Shown in pieces: positions 43,829 through 52,960 of a DNA stretch of 64,000 bases; the stretch's first letter is position 1; each line of letters opens with the position of its first letter. Source of the DNA: an archaeon (GTDB lineage Archaea > Nanobdellota > Nanobdellia > Woesearchaeales > GW2011-AR9); assembly GCA_002688265.1 (NCBI GenBank), contig NZCK01000024.1, forward strand, positions 8,731 to 72,730. The letters run 5' to 3'. A program made the position numbers and the translations under genes. The notes beneath the pieces were generated by a model, which was not told the DNA's origin, did no database searches, and was given only the letters and a program-made list of their open reading frames with translations.

Positions 43829-45619
43829 TCAAACTCCCCAAACTGGACGAATTTTTCTTTTGATCTCAACAATTTCTTTGACTAACGCAATTTCAGGTTT
43901 CGATAAATGTTTTTTGAGTTTTCGAAGTTTAGCATAATCTTCTTCAGAAAAATCAGAATACAAATAATCTCCTTCACTAGCTTGCCTCCCAACAGTAAGA
44001 TTTGGCATTGCCATCGCAACTTGATCTCCTTGCACTGCCGTTTGAACAGCTTCTTGACCCTTTTTCATACTCTTAACAGAAGTTACAGATTTGCCATTTG
44101 TAGTCATAATAGGATCACCATTTTTGATTTGACCAATTTCAATGTCAACTCCACAAATAGCAGGATTATTCTGCCGGAAAACATAACCTGGCATAATAGA
44201 AAATTTGCAAGGCCTTACAATATTTGCAAGTTCACGCTTCTCTATTTTGTCTTGTAGAGTTGCAGTGTACTCTTCATAGTTGTCAAAAATTTGATAAATA
44301 ATTTCTCTTGTAATGAGAGTAAGGTCTTTTTCTTTGATTTGTGTTTGAAGATCGACAGGGATTTTAACATTGAAACCTAAAAGAACACCAGTGAATTCAT
44401 CCTTGTCTTTAAGAGATTCTAAAGTTGAGAGATCTTTTTTAGTGACATCACCTAAGCTGGCAAAAGCCACAGGAATTCCTTTTTCTTCCAATAAAACTTT
44501 CATTGCTTCTAAACTTCCTAAAGTATCAGCCTTGATCAGAACACCTGATTCTCCTGTTTCATCTTCCTGAAGAACGGAATCAATCTCGGCTTGAACTTCT
44601 GCTTTTAACATTTCAATCTCTTCTTTACTTGCTTTAGTTTTGGCACGAATTGGCATTCCTGCCATAGCACCGTCCATATTAGGACCAGAAATTTTAACAC
44701 CAGTTGCCGCAACAACTTCTTTGACATTCTTGAATTTGCTTTTTTTATCGCGCATTTCAGCAAGTTCTTTTGGCTCTAATAGTGCTCTAACTTTTGTTAC
44801 AATTGGGCCATCTAATGATCCAATAATTAAAACATCATTAGTTCGGATTGTACCATCATAAATGATAGTGTCTAAAGTTAAACCTAATCCCTTTTCTTCT
44901 TTAACTTCTAAAATGCTACCTTTTGCATGGCTAGTTGTTTCTATCTCTAACTTTTCTCCAAAGAATTTTTGAGCTAAACCAGTTAAAACCATTAATAGCT
45001 CAGGGATTCCTTGACTTGTTTTAGAAGAAATTGGAACTATTGCAAATTGCTTTGTGTAATCTTGGACTCGATCGAATCTTTCTGCGTTAACACCATTTTC
45101 TTGGAATTGACCTACAAGCTCGTAGAATTTTTTTTCAAATTCCCCTTGTGTTTGATGATCTAAAGATTCAATGTTTTGCAAGAGAATTTTGTTTTTATCA
45201 TATTGCCAATTTGCCATTAAATCGACCTTGTTTGCTGCGATCACAAAAGGAACCTTATTGGCTTTTAATATTTCAATAGATTCTAAAGTTTGAGGTTTGA
45301 AACCCTCATTGATATCAACCACTAAAATTGCAATGTCAGCAAGAGCGCCACCTCGTTTTCTTAAAGAAGTGAAAGCTGCGTGACCTGGAGTGTCGATTGT
45401 TAAAAGACCTGGAACTGTGAGTTTACCTTTCATATGGTTTAATAGTGATCCGCAAACTTTTTCGATAGTTCGCATCGGAATGATGGAAACCCCGATTGCT
45501 TGAGTTATAGCTCCAGCTTCACCAGCTGTAACATCGCTATGTCTGATTTGATCTAAAAGGGAAGTTTTCCCATGATCTACATGGCCAACAACTGTAACTA
45601 AGATCTTTCTTAAGGTCAT
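43829..45619 (-). CDS. infB: translation initiation factor aIF5B (IF2 homologue)
   Basis: 596 aa. GTPase motifs are VVGHVDHGKTSLLD, DTPGH and NKVD. Confidence 0.95.
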   Translation of the reverse strand: MTLRKILVTVVGHVDHGKTSLLDQIRHSDVTAGEAGAITQAIGVSIIPMRTIEKVCGSLLNHMKGKLTVPGLLTIDTPGHAAFTSLRKRGGALADIAILVVDINEGFKPQTLESIEILKANKVPFVIAANKVDLMANWQYDKNKILLQNIESLDHQTQGEFEKKFYELVGQFQENGVNAERFDRVQDYTKQFAIVPISSKTSQGIPELLMVLTGLAQKFFGEKLEIETTSHAKGSILEVKEEKGLGLTLDTIIYDGTIRTNDVLIIGSLDGPIVTKVRALLEPKELAEMRDKKSKFKNVKEVVAATGVKISGPNMDGAMAGMPIRAKTKASKEEIEMLKAEVQAEIDSVLQEDETGESGVLIKADTLGSLEAMKVLLEEKGIPVAFASLGDVTKKDLSTLESLKDKDEFTGVLLGFNVKIPVDLQTQIKEKDLTLITREIIYQIFDNYEEYTATLQDKIEKRELANIVRPCKFSIMPGYVFRQNNPAICGVDIEIGQIKNGDPIMTTNGKSVTSVKSMKKGQEAVQTAVQGDQVAMAMPNLTVGRQASEGDYLYSDFSEEDYAKLRKLKKHLSKPEIALVKEIVEIKRKIRPVWGV

Positions 45620-45674
45620 AGAATGTTAGGAGGAACGTCTGTTTTTTAAAAGTTGCTTGTTTTTGAGGGAAGCA

Positions 45675-46769
45675 ATGATCCAAGAAGCAAAAATCCAACT
45701 GGAACTAAAGATTCCGAAAAAAGATGTAAGCAGATCTATGGAAGTATTTTATAACTCAGTTATGAAGTCAAACAGAGACATTTCTATTGCACTACTTTGC
45801 GCTTTGAATAAAAAAGAGATGAGAATGGCACTGCCACTCTCTGGATCAGGGATTCGTGCTCTTCGTTTTTTGAGTGAGCTGCCAGAGACAACAGTTGGAA
45901 AACTGTCTGTGAACGATAAAAGAGAAAATTTTGTTTCTGAATTTAAATCTACTCTGAAATTGAACAAACTAAAAGAAACAAAACTGAACATTGAATCAAA
46001 AGATGCTAACCTTTTTTTGCTTGAGAATATGGGTTTTGATTACATTGATATTGATCCGTTCGGTTCACCAAATCCATTTCTATCTTCAGCAATTGCTAGA
46101 ATCAATCGAAAAGGAATACTGGCTGTAACAGCAACTGACACAGGAGCACTGGCAGGAACCTATGTTAAAGCGGGTTTGCGCAAGTATTGGGCCAAAAGCC
46201 AAAGATGTTACATGAAACATGAACTGGGCTTAAGAATTTTGATACGTAAAGTTCAATTACTAGGAGCGCAGTTTGGGAAATCTTTGGTTCCAATTTTATC
46301 GTATCATAAGAACCACTATTACCGAGTTTTTTTTGTTTCTTCAAGCGGCAAGAAGCAATGCGATGAAATTTTGAAATTGCATCAATACTTTTTGTATGAC
46401 CCTAAAACCGTGGAGAGAAAGATTAGCTCTGAGAATATTTGGGAGGGAAAAAAGAGAAGTAGTTATCAAGTAGCAGGACCACTTTGGGCAGGCGAGTTAC
46501 ATGACTCTAAGTTACTTGAAAAAATAGTTTCAATGAATTTATTTGAAAGCGAAAAAAAGTTTTTAGAAACATTAAAAGAAGAATCTAGACATGAAAATGT
46601 GGTAGGATTTATTGAAAGTCATGCTTTGTCTTCAAAGAGAAATATTGATACTCCTCGGATGCAAGATTTGCTTTCTGTGGAAGGTACTTGGAAGACACAG
46701 TTTAGTGATAGTGCAGTTAAGACAAAACTTAGTGTGAATGAGTTGTTAAAGAAATTGAAACATGTTTAA
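45675..46769 (+). CDS. trm1: tRNA (guanine26-N2)-dimethyltransferase Trm1
   Basis: FYNSVMKSNRDISI, LSGSGIRALRF and DIDPFGSPNPFL are typical Trm1 blocks. The track ORF starts at TTG 45657. Confidence 0.9.
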   Translation: MIQEAKIQLELKIPKKDVSRSMEVFYNSVMKSNRDISIALLCALNKKEMRMALPLSGSGIRALRFLSELPETTVGKLSVNDKRENFVSEFKSTLKLNKLKETKLNIESKDANLFLLENMGFDYIDIDPFGSPNPFLSSAIARINRKGILAVTATDTGALAGTYVKAGLRKYWAKSQRCYMKHELGLRILIRKVQLLGAQFGKSLVPILSYHKNHYYRVFFVSSSGKKQCDEILKLHQYFLYDPKTVERKISSENIWEGKKRSSYQVAGPLWAGELHDSKLLEKIVSMNLFESEKKFLETLKEESRHENVVGFIESHALSSKRNIDTPRMQDLLSVEGTWKTQFSDSAVKTKLSVNELLKKLKHV

Positions 46770-46807
46770 GATAATTTTGAAAAGAAAATAAAAAGAAAAG
46801 CAAAAGT

Positions 46808-47086
46808 TTATCCAAGCGCCAAATCCATCTTAGCAACTTCAGCATTGATTACGCCTTCGAGTTCTGCCATCTTAGCTACAATACCATCAAAGTCAGCACC
46901 TTCAACTTCATACATAACCATTACCATAACTGCCTTTAAACCAAAAGCGATAGGCTCTTCTAAAACACGCATAGCACCAATTGCGCCTGCATCTTTTGCG
47001 ATTTTTTCAGCTTGCTCTTTAATTGGTTCTAGATTTGTGTCCGGACTTTCCGGCATTAATTTGAATGTAATTACTGCTTTTCCCAT
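46808..47086 (-). CDS. ef1b: elongation factor aEF-1 beta
   Basis: 92 aa. MGKAVITFKLMPESPDTNLE... is the typical aEF-1beta N-terminus. Confidence 0.9.
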   Translation of the reverse strand: MGKAVITFKLMPESPDTNLEPIKEQAEKIAKDAGAIGAMRVLEEPIAFGLKAVMVMVMYEVEGADFDGIVAKMAELEGVINAEVAKMDLALG

Positions 47087-47140
47087 AGTTGTTGCCTCTA
47101 TTATAGTTTTGTCACTTTTGTTTTTCTAAGATAAGAATAA

Positions 47141-47311
47141 CTAGTTTGGACCGGTAAATGAACAAGCAGGACAGTGATATTTAATTGCGTTCTTTCGAGC
47201 AAAAGTGCTTCTAACAATCTCATAGCTGGCACAGCCAGGACAAGGGAAACGTACAGCCCCAGAGTCATTGACAATCTGCTTTTTTGTTGATATACATACC
47301 ATTGATTTCAT
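47141..47311 (-). CDS. small Zn-ribbon protein (COG2888-like, aEF-1beta neighbour)
   Basis: Below the ORF-track cutoff. Manual translation gives MKSMVCISTKKQIVNDSGAVRFPCPGCASYEIVRSTFARKNAIKYHCPACSFTGPN (56 aa) with two CPxC knuckles. It sits directly upstream of ef1b on the same strand. Confidence 0.6.
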   Translation of the reverse strand: MKSMVCISTKKQIVNDSGAVRFPCPGCASYEIVRSTFARKNAIKYHCPACSFTGPN

Positions 47312-47431
47312 AAGTTGACTTTTAAGTAGCTTATTTATAAAGGTTACGTAAATCTTTATAGTGATTTACGACCTCAAAAACAAAGAGTTTTTGTAGGTTT
47401 GCTCTACTTGGTATATGTGGCAACAGTATTT

Positions 47432-47971
47432 ATGATCCATGGAAGTTTTGGGAATCCAGATGAAAATTGGTTCCCTTGGCTTAAAAATCAGTTAATAACG
47501 GCCGGATTCGAAGTAATTATTCCTAGTTTTCCAACACCAGATGGACAGTCACTTAAGGCATGGAGATATATTTTCTTGGAATTTGAAAATAAAATTAATT
47601 CAGAGACTATTTTTGTTGGACACAGTTTGGGTCCAGCATTTATTCTAGATATTTTAGAAAAAATTGATGTAAAAGTAAAAGCATGCTTCTTTGTTAGTGG
47701 ATTTTTAGGCTTTTTAGAAAATTCAGAATTTGACGAAGTGAACAAAACATTCATTGAAAGAGAGTTTGATTGGGAGAAAATTACTAGCAATTGTGAAAAC
47801 TTCTTAATGTATCATAGTGATAATGACCCATATGTGCCTTTGAAGAAAGCAGAAGAATTAAAGAAAAAGTTAAAGTGTGAATTAAAAATAATCTCTGGCG
47901 CAGGACATTTTAATGAAGCTACAGGATGTTTAGAATTCCCCATGTTGTTTAAAGAAATTATTAAAGAATAA
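47432..47971 (+). CDS. YdeN/RBBP9-like serine hydrolase (alpha/beta fold)
   Basis: MIHGSFGNPDENWFPWL, nucleophile elbow GHSLGP, and C-terminal AGHF. The track ORF starts at TTG 47399. Confidence 0.6.
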   Translation: MIHGSFGNPDENWFPWLKNQLITAGFEVIIPSFPTPDGQSLKAWRYIFLEFENKINSETIFVGHSLGPAFILDILEKIDVKVKACFFVSGFLGFLENSEFDEVNKTFIEREFDWEKITSNCENFLMYHSDNDPYVPLKKAEELKKKLKCELKIISGAGHFNEATGCLEFPMLFKEIIKE

Positions 47972-48017
47972 GATTTTCTAAGAACAATTTAAAAATAAGA
48001 TAGTTTCTTAATGATTT

Positions 48018-48800
48018 ATGACAATTAAAGTACTCGTAGCAGGAAAATTTGATATAGTTCACCCCGGCCATTTAAAATTCTTTGAAGAAGCCAAAAAGTT
48101 AGGAGATTATCTAACAGTTGTAGTAGCAAGAGACTCAATTATAATTAAAAATAAAGGGTATGGGCCCACTTACTCAGAAAATCAAAGAAAAGAATTCTTG
48201 GAAGCTTTAACAGTAGTAGATAAAGTAGTTTTGGGATCAGAAGAATTTGAATTAAATATTCTAAAAGAGATTAAACTAGATGTTCTTTGCTTAGGATACG
48301 ATCAGAAAATTTCAGAAGAAGTGATCTCAAAATATCTTTTTGAAAATAATTTACAATTAAAAGTAGTCAGATTAACCGCATTTAGAGAAGATTTATTCAA
48401 AAGCAGCAAAATTAAATCCCAAGTAACAAGAAGCAAAGAAAAAGTAGCTGAAGAATATGAACATACTCCAGTTAAGAATAAAGACGCTCTTGATGAAGTT
48501 CCTGTTATTGTTGGAAACTATGATGAGATCGAAGATTGGTCAATGGATCCAAAAGGATATTTTCTAATTCGAGTGAATAAAGAACGTTCAATATTAGAGC
48601 TTGCACATTGTAAGCAATTAGGGATAATAGATTGTATCTTTGAAGGGAAAAAACCACAAGACATTTATTATGAATTACATAAAAAGAAATTAATTTCTAG
48701 AGTAGATCATGCAGCTTATATTGGTAAAGAATTACACAAAGCCTATGTCTGTTTGAAGAAAGAAAAAGAATACGTGCAAGATGAAGAGTTTGAAATTTAG
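48018..48800 (+). CDS. cytidylyltransferase-fold (RibL/FAD synthetase-like) protein fused to a DUF4346-like C-terminal domain
   Basis: 260 aa. The N-terminus (VLVAGKFDIVHPGHLKFFEEAKKLGD) has the HxGH nucleotidyltransferase motif. The C-terminal ~100 aa (DPKGYFLIRV...RVDHAAYIGKELHKAYVCL...YVQDE) resemble DUF4346; that match is from memory. Confidence 0.6.
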   Translation: MTIKVLVAGKFDIVHPGHLKFFEEAKKLGDYLTVVVARDSIIIKNKGYGPTYSENQRKEFLEALTVVDKVVLGSEEFELNILKEIKLDVLCLGYDQKISEEVISKYLFENNLQLKVVRLTAFREDLFKSSKIKSQVTRSKEKVAEEYEHTPVKNKDALDEVPVIVGNYDEIEDWSMDPKGYFLIRVNKERSILELAHCKQLGIIDCIFEGKKPQDIYYELHKKKLISRVDHAAYIGKELHKAYVCLKKEKEYVQDEEFEI

Positions 48801-49915
48801 TTTTGTTTACTGATAGTTTTAATTGTTTTAACTTCTCTGTCAATTTCAAACTTAACAGGCAAAAACTGTTCTATCACATAAACATTAGCTAGAACATGGT
48901 CCGAGATTTTATCTACAAGAATTTTTGATCCAGGCAACAATGCCATGAAAATCAAAAGTTGATCCGCTAAAAAATGATCTACTGCCGCGTTTGAACTAAT
49001 TAACTCCTTCAATTTCTTAGCAGCAGTTTGTCCAATTTCTTCAGAACTTATTTTATATTCAACTAAAGCAGTTGCGCCAAGTCTTACACAATTTTGAGGA
49101 TCAAGAATTCCTTGGTTGCTATGAAGGGTCCAAAGTAATAACTCTCCCCCTGTCGACAAACTAGGGAAATAACCCTGATCAATACTGATAGGAACACCCA
49201 ACCCTCTAAGACTGGCAGTAGCTGCAGACTCTATTCTCTTTGAAACTTGTTTGTCAGATAGATCTTGTGAGGTGTTAACAAAACCTTTGATATACTCCAG
49301 GTTTCCTTGATTTGTAAAATCAAATTTCTTGGAGGAACTCGTAATATTATCTAAAAGATCAGAATAAGTTTTGAATTCTTTAGCTTTTATCTTAGGACTA
49401 ATCTCTAAGATAATTTCTCCACCTCCTTTAGGATAATATCCTCTTTTACGAACACTCAAATTGATTTTAGTTGCAAATCGTTGTAAGTTAGGAATTACTA
49501 ATTGTTGCAAATAATCAACGGAAGCTTGCCATTTTCCACAAGTGCCACCTTTAATATTAAGTGTAATCTTGGCAGGAGCAAATAAACAAGGCATTAACAT
49601 TGACTGTAAAAACAAACTAATGCTGCCAGCAGTTTTAATGTCAAAATTATATTGACCAGATTTGATCAATCCCGGATGGAACCATGCTTCTTGAGTTCCT
49701 AGTTCTATTTGGCTAGATTTGCAAGTTGGAGCTAACTGCTTAATAGCCTTGATTGCATGTAAGTGTTGTGGTTTTAATCCTGGTTTTGGACGATTGGAAC
49801 GAATCTTAGAAATTCTAAAGGGTTTTTGAGTTAGAAGTGAACAAGCTAGTGCAGTCCTAATAATGGAGCCGCCACCCTCAGCGTAGTTTCCATCCAATTC
49901 GATCATTTGTGTCAT
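48797..49915 (-). CDS. rtcA: RNA 3'-terminal phosphate cyclase
   Basis: 372 aa. EGGGSIIRTALACSLLTQKPFRISKIRSNRPKPGLKPQHL is the typical RtcA N-terminal block. Confidence 0.9.
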   Translation of the reverse strand: MTQMIELDGNYAEGGGSIIRTALACSLLTQKPFRISKIRSNRPKPGLKPQHLHAIKAIKQLAPTCKSSQIELGTQEAWFHPGLIKSGQYNFDIKTAGSISLFLQSMLMPCLFAPAKITLNIKGGTCGKWQASVDYLQQLVIPNLQRFATKINLSVRKRGYYPKGGGEIILEISPKIKAKEFKTYSDLLDNITSSSKKFDFTNQGNLEYIKGFVNTSQDLSDKQVSKRIESAATASLRGLGVPISIDQGYFPSLSTGGELLLWTLHSNQGILDPQNCVRLGATALVEYKISSEEIGQTAAKKLKELISSNAAVDHFLADQLLIFMALLPGSKILVDKISDHVLANVYVIEQFLPVKFEIDREVKTIKTISKQN

Positions 49916-49935
49916 TGTAAAATTATTTATCTTAT

Positions 49936-50505
49936 CTATTGTTTTGTTTGAAAAAACTTTCTAGTCTTTAAGGCAATAATTAAGCCATCTCCAACATTTA
50001 ATTCTTTATAAGAAAGACCACTTTTTTTAAGCGCCGGAAAAAATCCTGGCACTTTCTTTTTATGAGAGATAGTATTGTCGATAAAAATTACACCATTATC
50101 TGAAAGAAGAGGAATGCTTAAGCGTAGAAATTCTGCATAATCTGGTTTATTGGCATCAATGAAAATGCAATCATATTTTTTATTAGCTTCATTTAGAATT
50201 GAGAGGATATCAAGAGCATTCGCTTCAATAAGAGTGATTTCTTTTTTGAATTTTTTAAGATTTCTTCTAGCTTCTACAATGAAGATTTTGTCTTTTTCAA
50301 TTGTGGTTATATGGTCTGCTACAAGCGCTAAATGAAGGGCAGAATATCCTATATGGGTTCCGATTTCTAACACTTCTTTGAAATCTCCTTGTTTGCAGTA
50401 CTGCATAATTAGTTGGATTGTTTCTTCTTTAACAAACCAGTCTGACCTTTCTTTTTCTAAATTTCTGATTTTGTCTAAAATACGTTTTTTTGTATCTTGG
50501 GGCAT
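49936..50505 (-). CDS. class I SAM-dependent O-methyltransferase (family 3, YrrM-like)
   Basis: LEIGTHIGYSALHLA (motif I) and DCIFIDANKPDY. ATG at 50505 is preferred over TTG at 50520. Confidence 0.7.
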   Translation of the reverse strand: MPQDTKKRILDKIRNLEKERSDWFVKEETIQLIMQYCKQGDFKEVLEIGTHIGYSALHLALVADHITTIEKDKIFIVEARRNLKKFKKEITLIEANALDILSILNEANKKYDCIFIDANKPDYAEFLRLSIPLLSDNGVIFIDNTISHKKKVPGFFPALKKSGLSYKELNVGDGLIIALKTRKFFQTKQ

Positions 50506-50554
50506 GAACCTTTGGTTCAAGTAGTGCTTTTTAAAGCTATTTAGTACAGAAACG

Positions 50555-50562
50555 TTTTTATA
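50555..50562 (+). promoter_or_regulatory. TATA-like box (TTTTTATA) for tRNA-Trp
   Basis: About 30 nt upstream of the tRNA 5' end. Confidence 0.45.
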
Positions 50563-50629
50563 CAGCTTAAGGGCAGCTAGTAGTACCTGTGGGGATATAG
50601 TATAACCTGGCTAGAATATCGGGCTCCAG

Positions 50630-50677
50630 TTATGGAGCGATGAGCCTTAATTGGCAATGAATGGTTCTCCAGTAGAT
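50630..50677 (+). other. tRNA-Trp intron 1 (48 nt, canonical position 37/38)
   Basis: Near-canonical bulge-helix-bulge (BHB). The central helix is 50624-27 with 50672-75 (3 of 4 bp). The 3' bulge is AUA (50676-78). The inner helix is UGGAG (50633-37) with CUCCA (50667-71). Confidence 0.6.
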
Positions 50678-50692
50678 ACCTGAGGATCTGGG

Positions 50693-50723
50693 AAATAATA
50701 AGCATCTGCTTTTTATTCAGAAA
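50693..50723 (+). other. tRNA-Trp intron 2 (31 nt, non-canonical, between T stem and T loop)
   Basis: Clean BHB. The 4-bp helix is UCUG (50687-90) with CAGA (50718-21). It is flanked by 3-nt bulges GGA (50691-93) and AAU (50722-24). The inner helix is AAUAA (50694-98) with UUAUU (50713-17). Confidence 0.7.
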
Positions 50724-50800
50724 TTCGAATCCCAGTATCCCCACTCTTTCTTTAACTTATTTCACTAATCTTTAAATACAGAATCTTTCTAGTAAAGGAC

Positions 50801-51658
50801 ATGTATTCATTCCGAACAATTACTAAATTACTTCGAGTACAACAATGGTACAAGAACACAGTAGTTTTTGTTGCATTATTGTTCTCAGAAAATCTGTTCG
50901 ACCCAAAATTATTGGTTTTGTCAATTTTAGCATTTTTTGCATTATCGTTTGTATCCTCAGCTAATTATATAATCAATGACATCAAAGACAAAGAAAAAGA
51001 CACTAAACATCTACTAAGAAAGAATAGGCCAATTGCAGCAGGAATAGTCTCGATTAGAAACGCCAAAACTATTGCTGGACTGTTTTTGATTTTAGGATTG
51101 ACCTTAGCAGCTTTTTTGAATCCATTATTTTTGATTTTAACAATAATATTATTCTTGCTAATGCAGATTTACACTTTTTCTTTCAAGAGATATTTGTACT
51201 TAGATATAATTATGATCTCTTTGTTTTTTGTAATTCGAGCAATCTTGGGTGCCCTTGCAATTCTGGTTTGGATTTCTCCTTGGCTTATTATTTGTCCATT
51301 CTTTTTGGCAGGCTTTTTGGTTTCAGGAAAAAGGTATTCAGAAATAGCCTTACTTAAAGATAAAGCAGAGAAAACCAGAGAGGTTTTGGGAAAATATTCC
51401 TTAAAAAGTAGTATGAGATTTCTTAAAATAAGCTCAACATTATTGCTGCTAAGTTTTACTATTTATTCTATTCAAAAAAATTGGTTGTTACTTATTAGCT
51501 TACCTTTTGCATTTTGGGCATTGATTCGTTATTTGAACTTGATTAAAATTGACCCAAAAGTAGGAATTCAAACTCAATTGGCATTAAAAGATAAAAAGCT
51601 AATTATACTCTCAATATCTTGGGTTTTAGTTATTGCTTTAACTTTGTATTTAAGTTAA
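50801..51658 (+). CDS. UbiA-family prenyltransferase
   Basis: 285 aa, polytopic. Contains NYIINDIKDKEKD, the NxxxDxxxD motif. Confidence 0.8.
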   Translation: MYSFRTITKLLRVQQWYKNTVVFVALLFSENLFDPKLLVLSILAFFALSFVSSANYIINDIKDKEKDTKHLLRKNRPIAAGIVSIRNAKTIAGLFLILGLTLAAFLNPLFLILTIILFLLMQIYTFSFKRYLYLDIIMISLFFVIRAILGALAILVWISPWLIICPFFLAGFLVSGKRYSEIALLKDKAEKTREVLGKYSLKSSMRFLKISSTLLLLSFTIYSIQKNWLLLISLPFAFWALIRYLNLIKIDPKVGIQTQLALKDKKLIILSISWVLVIALTLYLS

Positions 51659-51754
51659 ATGTCATTCTTTTTGAAAGGAAAATACAAACTAATATAAACT
51701 AATTTTCAATTCTTTATTTTTGATAAATAATATTTAAATTTAGGAAGTAATGGG

Positions 51755-52960
51755 ATGGTAATTAGCTGGTGCAAGAATAATTCAAAATTGCTAAAGGCAA
51801 CAGCAACTTTAACTGGAACAGTTATAGGAGCAGGAATACTTGGAATCCCATATGTTGTTTCTAAAACAGGATTAGTATATGGGTCAGCAATAATTATTTT
51901 GATAGGAATTGTGTTTTTATTTTTGAATCTGTTCTTAGCCGAAACTGCACTTAGAACCAAAGGGAAACATCAACTTAGTGGTTACATGGAACGTTACCTT
52001 GGAAAATGGGGAAAACGAGCCATGACCTTTTCTATGATGGTAGGAATTTATGGGGCGTTAATTGCATATTTAATTGGGGAAGGGGAATCTCTTCGAGCAT
52101 TAATGTTACAAATACCATTTCTAAGTTCAATTTTACCAGCAATATTTTTTGAACCAATCACACTCAGTTTAGTATTCTTCGCGCTTTGTACCATAATCAT
52201 TTTCTTGGGCGTACACGAGATGGGAAGAGCAGAATTGTTAGTTGTTAGTTTTATGGTTATAGTTTTACTTTTAATTTGTGTTTTATCGGTCTCAAAAATA
52301 CAAGTAAATTATTTGACTTATTCCGATTTGTCAGAAATATTTTTCCCATTAGGAGTAATCATATTTGCATTCATTGGATCGGCAGCAATTCCTGAAATGG
52401 AAGAGATATTAGGTAAAGATCGAAAAAAGTTTCGAGGAGCAGTTATTGTTGGGACATTAATCCCAGTGGTTTTATATTTATTTTTCTGTGTTACAGTTAT
52501 TGGAACAGTAGGTTTTGAGAATTTTGAAGCCCTGGCAGCTAACGAGCGAATTGCAACAATTGCATTATCACAATTTATTAGCCCAACTTTAGGAATATTT
52601 GCAAACATCCTTGCTATCCTCGCCATGTTTACTTCATTTATCACGTTAGGAATTGCCCTGGTTGAAATGTATGATTATGATTACAAACTTTCTAGAAACC
52701 TTAGCATTTTTTTGACGTTATCACTCCCTTTAATTGCTTTGATATTTAATTTAACTACTTTTATGGCAGCCCTTGCAATCACAGGAATTTTTGCAGGAGG
52801 AATTGATGGAATATTAATTGTTTTAGCATATTGGAAAGCTAAAGTTATGGGAAATCGTAAACCAGAATTTGCTTTGAAAAAAAATGTGGTGATTGGTTAT
52901 ACAATAATTTTCTTGTTTGTGTTTGGAATGTTGCAGCAATTATATTTTATGTTTGTTTAA
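51755..52960 (+). CDS. amino-acid permease (Trp/Tyr permease / Aa_trans-like)
   Basis: 401 aa with about 11 TM. The N-terminal block is TGTVIGAGILGIPYVVSKTGL. Confidence 0.75.
   Translation: MVISWCKNNSKLLKATATLTGTVIGAGILGIPYVVSKTGLVYGSAIIILIGIVFLFLNLFLAETALRTKGKHQLSGYMERYLGKWGKRAMTFSMMVGIYGALIAYLIGEGESLRALMLQIPFLSSILPAIFFEPITLSLVFFALCTIIIFLGVHEMGRAELLVVSFMVIVLLLICVLSVSKIQVNYLTYSDLSEIFFPLGVIIFAFIGSAAIPEMEEILGKDRKKFRGAVIVGTLIPVVLYLFFCVTVIGTVGFENFEALAANERIATIALSQFISPTLGIFANILAILAMFTSFITLGIALVEMYDYDYKLSRNLSIFLTLSLPLIALIFNLTTFMAALAITGIFAGGIDGILIVLAYWKAKVMGNRKPEFALKKNVVIGYTIIFLFVFGMLQQLYFMFV

Larger units (their letters stand above)
50591..50743 (+). tRNA. tRNA-Trp(CCA) with two introns (canonical 37/38 and T-arm 53/54)
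   Basis: - Acceptor: GGGGATA (50591-97) pairs with TATCCCC (50736-42), then A.
- Anticodon stem: TCGGG (50619-23) pairs with CCTGA (50679-83).
- Anticodon loop: CUCCAG+A.
- T stem: CTGGG (50688-92) pairs with CCCAG (50731-35), but is separated from the T loop TTCGAAT (50724-30) by 31 nt.
- Removing both introns gives a 74-nt cloverleaf. Confidence 0.7.

Noticed and set aside
50630-50677. Possible box C/D guide RNA embedded in the tRNA-Trp intron, as in the Haloferax pre-tRNA-Trp.
   Set aside because: Only partial matches exist: GCGAUGA at 50637-43 and CUGA at 50680-83, the latter in the exon. The intron is 48 nt, and I found no 10-12-nt guide complementary to the tRNA, so the evidence is insufficient.
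51706-51960. 84-aa minus-strand ORF. A second, 73-aa minus-strand ORF lies at 53512-53733.
   Set aside because: Each overlaps the 5' end of a well-supported plus-strand gene: the amino-acid permease and the giant surface protein respectively. Neither has any recognisable motif.
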